The position numbers and the translations under genes were made by a program. From Betaproteobacteria bacterium (GTDB lineage Bacteria; Pseudomonadota; Gammaproteobacteria; Burkholderiales; SG8-39): a stretch of 64,000 nucleotides of DNA. Positions 60,232 through 64,000 of this stretch are shown in pieces. Position 1 is the stretch's first letter; the number at the start of each line of letters is the position of its first letter. The notes under the pieces were generated by a model. That model searched no databases. It was not told where the DNA came from and saw only the letters and a list, made by a program, of their open reading frames with translations. The stretch lies in the NCBI GenBank assembly GCA_016177575.1, contig JACOVA010000103.1, positions 6,822 to 70,821 on the forward strand. Direction: 5' to 3'.

Positions 60232-61737
60232 ATGGCACGTATCGCAATCGGCGGCATGCAGCACGAGACCAACACCTTTGCGCCCTCGAAGGCCGACTAC
60301 CCGGCCTTCGAGGCGGGTGGCGGCTGGCCCGGCGTGCAATACGGCGCGTCGCTGTTCGGCGCGGTCGAGGGCGCCAACATCCCTGCCGCGGGCGCGATCG
60401 CGGCGTTGCGCGCGGCCGGGCACGAGCTCGCCGCCACCGCCTGGGCCGCGGCCAGCCCCTCGGCGCAGGTCACCACGGACGCCTTCGAACGCATCGTCGG
60501 ACAGATGATTTCTCAATTGAAAAGGCAGCTTCCGGTCGAGGGCGTGTATCTCGATCTTCACGGCGCGATGGTGACCGAGGCGCACGAGGACGGCGAGGGC
60601 GAGGTCCTGCGCCGCGTGCGCGAGACGGTGGGCCCGGGCGTGCCGATCGCCGCGAGCCTCGACCTGCACGCCAACGTCACGCGCGCGATGTTCGAGCGCG
60701 CCGACGCGCTGGTCGCCTACCGCACCTATCCGCACGTCGACATGGCCGAGACCGGTGCGCGCGCCGCAGCGCTCCTGCAGGCGATGCTGAAGCGGGGCGA
60801 GCGCCCGGCGAAGGCCATGCGCACGCTCGACTACCTCACGGGAATTCCCTCGCAGTGCTCCTTCATCGAGCCTTGCAGGGGAATTTATTCGAGCTTGCGG
60901 GCCTTGGAAGCAATCCAGGGTGCTTCGCTTTCGTTCACCCCTGGATTCCCAATGGCGGATTTTCCGGATTGCGGAATGGCGGTTTTTGGCTATGGTTTTG
61001 ATCGGGACTTGATTTCCAGAGCGGTAAGAGAATTGCATGGACAGGTATCCGACGCGGAAAAGGACTTCGCCCTGGAGTTGCACGCGCCCGGCGACGCGGT
61101 GCGGCGCGCGCGCCTGCGTGGCGAGCCCGGCGCACCGGTGGTGCTCGCCGATACGCAGGACAATCCCGGCGCAGGCGGCAACGGCGACACGACCGGGCTG
61201 CTCGCGGAGCTGGTGAAGCAGGACGCGAGCGATGCCGTTCTTGGCCTTCTCATCGATCCCGGCTCGGCGAAGCGCGCGCACGAAGCGGGTCAGGGCAGGA
61301 CGCTGCCCTTTTCCCTCGGTGGCTTGTCCCGCATCCCCGGCGATTTCCCGTTCTGCGGCGAATTCAGCGTCGAGCAGCTGGGCGAGGGCAGGTTCACCTG
61401 CACCGGCCCCATGTTCAAGGGCTTTCGCATGAACCTCGGGCCGATGGCGCTGCTGCGCAGCAGGTCGGCGCCGGGCGTGCGCGTCGCCCTTGCCTCGCGC
61501 AAATGCCAGGCCGCCGACCAGGAGATGTTGCGCCACCTCGGCGTCGAGCCGCGCCGCTGCCGCATCGTCGCGCTCAAGAGCTCGGTGCACTTCCGTGCCG
61601 ACTTCGAGCCGATCGCGAGCGAGGTGCTGGTGGTGAAGTCCCCCGGCCCTGCGCTCGCCGACCCCTCCGAGTTCAAGTGGACCAGGCTGCGCAAGGGCGT
61701 GCGCCTGCGCCCGCTCGGACCCGCCTATCGCGGCTAG
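60232..61737 (+). CDS. M81 family metallopeptidase (MlrC-like)
   Basis: Starts MARIAIGGMQHETNTFAP (characteristic MlrC N-terminus), LDLHGAMV, DTQDNPGAGG. The 548 upstream codons of the track ORF are antisense to the binding-protein gene. Confidence 0.82.
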   Translation: MARIAIGGMQHETNTFAPSKADYPAFEAGGGWPGVQYGASLFGAVEGANIPAAGAIAALRAAGHELAATAWAAASPSAQVTTDAFERIVGQMISQLKRQLPVEGVYLDLHGAMVTEAHEDGEGEVLRRVRETVGPGVPIAASLDLHANVTRAMFERADALVAYRTYPHVDMAETGARAAALLQAMLKRGERPAKAMRTLDYLTGIPSQCSFIEPCRGIYSSLRALEAIQGASLSFTPGFPMADFPDCGMAVFGYGFDRDLISRAVRELHGQVSDAEKDFALELHAPGDAVRRARLRGEPGAPVVLADTQDNPGAGGNGDTTGLLAELVKQDASDAVLGLLIDPGSAKRAHEAGQGRTLPFSLGGLSRIPGDFPFCGEFSVEQLGEGRFTCTGPMFKGFRMNLGPMALLRSRSAPGVRVALASRKCQAADQEMLRHLGVEPRRCRIVALKSSVHFRADFEPIASEVLVVKSPGPALADPSEFKWTRLRKGVRLRPLGPAYRG

Positions 61738-62069
61738 CGCTGCGCCATGAAGCGCCGGAAGGCGTCGATTGCTTCGATGTGGAGCTTGCTGCTCCCAGGC
61801 GCCGCGCGCAGGCTCACCTGGTATTGGCCGTCCTGCGCGCACGACTCGGAGGTCGAAAGCATGTTGGCGGGCACCTGCGCCCATTGCAGGGACGCCCAAT
61901 GCGGCAGCAAGCGCGCGATGTCCTGCGCGTTCAGTTCCTTGCCGTGAAAAGTCGCGAACACCGGGTCAGCCGTGAAATCGGCTCTGCGTATCAGGATGAC
62001 CCAGTCCTCCTCGGACCGCCTGACTTCCAGCCCGGCGAAGCCGGTCAACGCCGTCGCAATCCCGACCAA
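61734..62069 (-). CDS. hypothetical protein (111 aa)
   Basis: TTG start preceded by purine-rich gggggaaggg. Third-position GC bias is consistent with coding. Its stop overlaps the convergent MlrC-like stop on CTAG. No family recognised. Confidence 0.5.
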   Translation of the reverse strand: MVGIATALTGFAGLEVRRSEEDWVILIRRADFTADPVFATFHGKELNAQDIARLLPHWASLQWAQVPANMLSTSESCAQDGQYQVSLRAAPGSSKLHIEAIDAFRRFMAQR

Positions 62070-62118
62070 ATCCCTTCCCCCTGAGCCGCAGCATGCTAGG
62101 GGATTGAATCTCCTGCGT

Positions 62119-62134
62119 TTTGATCTAGATCAAA
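62119..62134. promoter_or_regulatory. perfect 16-bp palindrome TTTGATCTAGATCAAA (candidate operator)
   Basis: Read directly from the sequence. It lies in a low-GC 91-nt spacer, ~50-65 nt upstream of the TTG start of the 111-aa ORF and 27 nt downstream of the amidase stop. It contains two GATC sites. Confidence 0.5.
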
Positions 62135-62160
62135 TGCAGCCCTCGCCGTTCTGCTAGGCG

Positions 62161-63564
62161 TCAGAGGGGATCCGGCCACGCGCGCTGCGCCGGACGCAGC
62201 TGCTCGAGCGCGCGCGACAGGCGCAGCACGCCCAGATCGTCGAAGCGCCTGCCGATCAGCTGCACGCCGATCGGCAGCCCGTCGGCGCTGTAGGTCCAGT
62301 TGAGCGAGGCCGCCGGTTGCTCCGACATGTTGTAGGGCACCGTGAAGGCGATGTGCGGCAGCGCGTTGTGCGGGTCGTTCCCCGGGCAGGCGAGCTCGGC
62401 CTCGTAGGGCAGGATCGGCGAGGTGGGCGAGATCACGTAGTCGTAGGGCAGGCAGGCTCTCGTCGTCACCTCGCGCAACTCGACATAGCTCGCGTAGGCG
62501 GCCATGACGTCGCGCCCGCTGAAGCCTCGCGCGCGCCAGGTGCACCACTCGGCGATGAAGGGCAGCACCTTGGCCTGCTTCGCGGGCGACAACTGCATGA
62601 AGTCGTTGTGCGAGCGGGCTTCGAAGAACCGCGCCATGCCGTCGAGCAGCTCCGGGGTGAGGAAGGACGGCATCTCCTCCACCTGAGCGCCTGCGGAGGC
62701 GAGCGCCCCGGCCGCGGCCGCGGCCGCCGCGCGCACCTCGGGATGCACCGGCAGCCCGGCCTTCATGTCGGGCAGGAAGCCGATTCTCAGCGTTTTGAAC
62801 TCGATTTTCTTTTCGCTTCCTCCGCGAAAATCGATTTCCTCGAAGGGCAAGCTCATGAAATCGCGTGCGTCCGGTTTAGCAAGCATGCTCATGAGCGCGG
62901 CGCTGGCCGCCACCGAGCGCGTCATCGGGCCGGCGACGCGCCCGAGGTAGGGCGGGTGGATCGGCACGCGGCCGAGGCTCGGCTTGAGCGCATAGACTCC
63001 GCAATGCGTCGCCGGCAGGCGCAGCGACCCGCCGATATCGGTGCCGAGATGCAGCGGCGCGTATCCGGCCGCCGCCGCCGCGCCGGCCCCCGAGCTCGAC
63101 CCCGAGGTGTTGCGGTCGAGCCGCCAGGGGTTGCGCGTGACGCCGTGGACGCTCGACAGCCCGGAGGACAGCATGCCGAAGTCGGGCATGGTGGTCTTGC
63201 CGAGCAGCACGCAGCCCGCCTCGCGCAGCCTGGCCGCCGGAGGGCAATCCGCCGGCTGCGGCGGCGCATCCTCGTTGGCGCGCGTGCCGATCGGCGCCGG
63301 GTCGCCCTTGGTGTAGAGATTTTCCTTGAGCGTCGCCGGCACGCCGTCGAGGGGCGACAGCGGCTGCCCGGCGCGCCAACGGGCCTCGGCTGCGCGCGCC
63401 GCGAGGAGCGCTCCCTCGCGATCGAGGCGGTACATCGCATTGAGGCGCGGCTCGCAGGCGGCAACGCGGTCCAGGCAGGCGCGCACGACTTCCACGGGCG
63501 AAAGCGCGCCGCTCGCGTATTGCGCTGCCGCCTCGAGGGCGGAAAGCTCGTGCAGCGCGGCCAT
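62161..63564 (-). CDS. amidase (amidase-signature family, GatA-like)
   Basis: MAALHELSALEAAAQYASGALSPVEVV is a typical AS-family N-terminus. Signature GSSSGAGAAAAAGYAPLHLGTDIGGSLRLPA. Upstream in-frame ATGs exist at 63591 and 63600. Confidence 0.85.
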   Translation of the reverse strand: MAALHELSALEAAAQYASGALSPVEVVRACLDRVAACEPRLNAMYRLDREGALLAARAAEARWRAGQPLSPLDGVPATLKENLYTKGDPAPIGTRANEDAPPQPADCPPAARLREAGCVLLGKTTMPDFGMLSSGLSSVHGVTRNPWRLDRNTSGSSSGAGAAAAAGYAPLHLGTDIGGSLRLPATHCGVYALKPSLGRVPIHPPYLGRVAGPMTRSVAASAALMSMLAKPDARDFMSLPFEEIDFRGGSEKKIEFKTLRIGFLPDMKAGLPVHPEVRAAAAAAAGALASAGAQVEEMPSFLTPELLDGMARFFEARSHNDFMQLSPAKQAKVLPFIAEWCTWRARGFSGRDVMAAYASYVELREVTTRACLPYDYVISPTSPILPYEAELACPGNDPHNALPHIAFTVPYNMSEQPAASLNWTYSADGLPIGVQLIGRRFDDLGVLRLSRALEQLRPAQRAWPDPL

Positions 63565-63589
63565 CGCGGCATCATACAATGCGCCTCTC

Positions 63590-64000
63590 ATGCGTCGCAT
63601 CGTAATTGCGATTCTGTTTGCTGCGCTCGGCAGCGGCGCGGCGCGCGCGCAGACAGAGATTCGCCTCTGGCATTCGCTCGGCGGCGCGCTCGGCGACGTC
63701 CTCGACAGCCTGGTGCAGCGTTTCAACGACACGCAGAAGCAATTCTGGGTGGTTGCGACGCACAAGGGCAGCTACGAGGACACGATGATCGGCGCGCTCG
63801 CCGCGCAGCGCGCCGGCAACGGGCCGCATCTGGTGCAGGTCTACGAGGTCGGCACCGCGCACATGATGGCCGCGCGCAGCGCCTTCCGGCCGCTCTGGCA
63901 GGTGGCGGGCGAAAACTCCGAGCGCATCGAGGCGAAATCGTTTCTGCCGGCGGTCGCCAGCTACTTCTCGGACGATGCCGGGCGGCTGCTCGCGCTGCCG
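63590..64000 (+). CDS. ugpB: sn-glycerol-3-phosphate-type ABC substrate-binding protein (UgpB-like), 5' part; runs out of window
   Basis: Not in the ORF track because it has no stop in the window. My own translation from the ATG at 63590: MRRIVIAILFAALGSGAARAQTEIRLWHSLGGALGDVLDSLVQRFNDTQKQFWVVATHKGSYEDTM. This gives a signal peptide plus a UgpB-like N-terminus. Confidence 0.7.
   Translation, partial: MRRIVIAILFAALGSGAARAQTEIRLWHSLGGALGDVLDSLVQRFNDTQKQFWVVATHKGSYEDTMIGALAAQRAGNGPHLVQVYEVGTAHMMAARSAFRPLWQVAGENSERIEAKSFLPAVASYFSDDAGRLLALP

Overview
High-GC (about 68-70% by eye) chromosomal segment with betaproteobacteria-type core synteny: miaA-mutL, tsaE/queG, xseB-ispA-dxs-folE2, argG / argF-argD, rpsT/murJ, ribF-ileS-lspA-ispH, birA-coaX. 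I call about 64 protein genes (two are cut by the window edges) and one tRNA-Thr(CGU). I saw no rRNA, CRISPR array, IS element or integrase. Accessory content sits between the housekeeping blocks. (1) A type IV minor-pilin operon (pilE-fimT-pilV-pilW-pilX) ends in a 1742-aa PilY1. Between its N-terminal vWA-like domain and its C-terminal beta-propeller, this PilY1 carries seven tandem, degenerate 65-85 aa modules that look like small FCCH-type beta-barrels. A small Cys-containing secreted protein and a TonB-C-domain protein follow it. This is my best candidate for something undescribed. (2) Two large STAND/AAA-type signalling proteins are present: a MalT-like NTPase with a C-terminal wHTH+BTAD (reverse of the usual SARP order), and a zinc-ribbon/class III cyclase/AAA/TPR protein with non-canonical active-site residues. 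(3) A vapBC toxin-antitoxin pair is wedged between argG and argF. (4) A lower-GC trio of orphan lipoprotein-like ORFs lies downstream of the MalT-like regulator. (5) A Gsi/Dpp-like peptide ABC importer sits next to an MlrC-like peptidase and an amidase. Two window-wide patterns are not explained by gene calls. First, packing is extreme: divergent genes have start codons overlapping on a CATG, and convergent genes have overlapping stops. Second, there are roughly 15 short AT-rich (about 30-50% GC) islands lying in frame inside otherwise high-GC genes, some of them in conserved motifs. Many long alternative-frame ORFs in the supplied track are high-GC shadow ORFs and were rejected. Internal start coordinates were derived from the ORF track by codon arithmetic and may be off by a few nucleotides.
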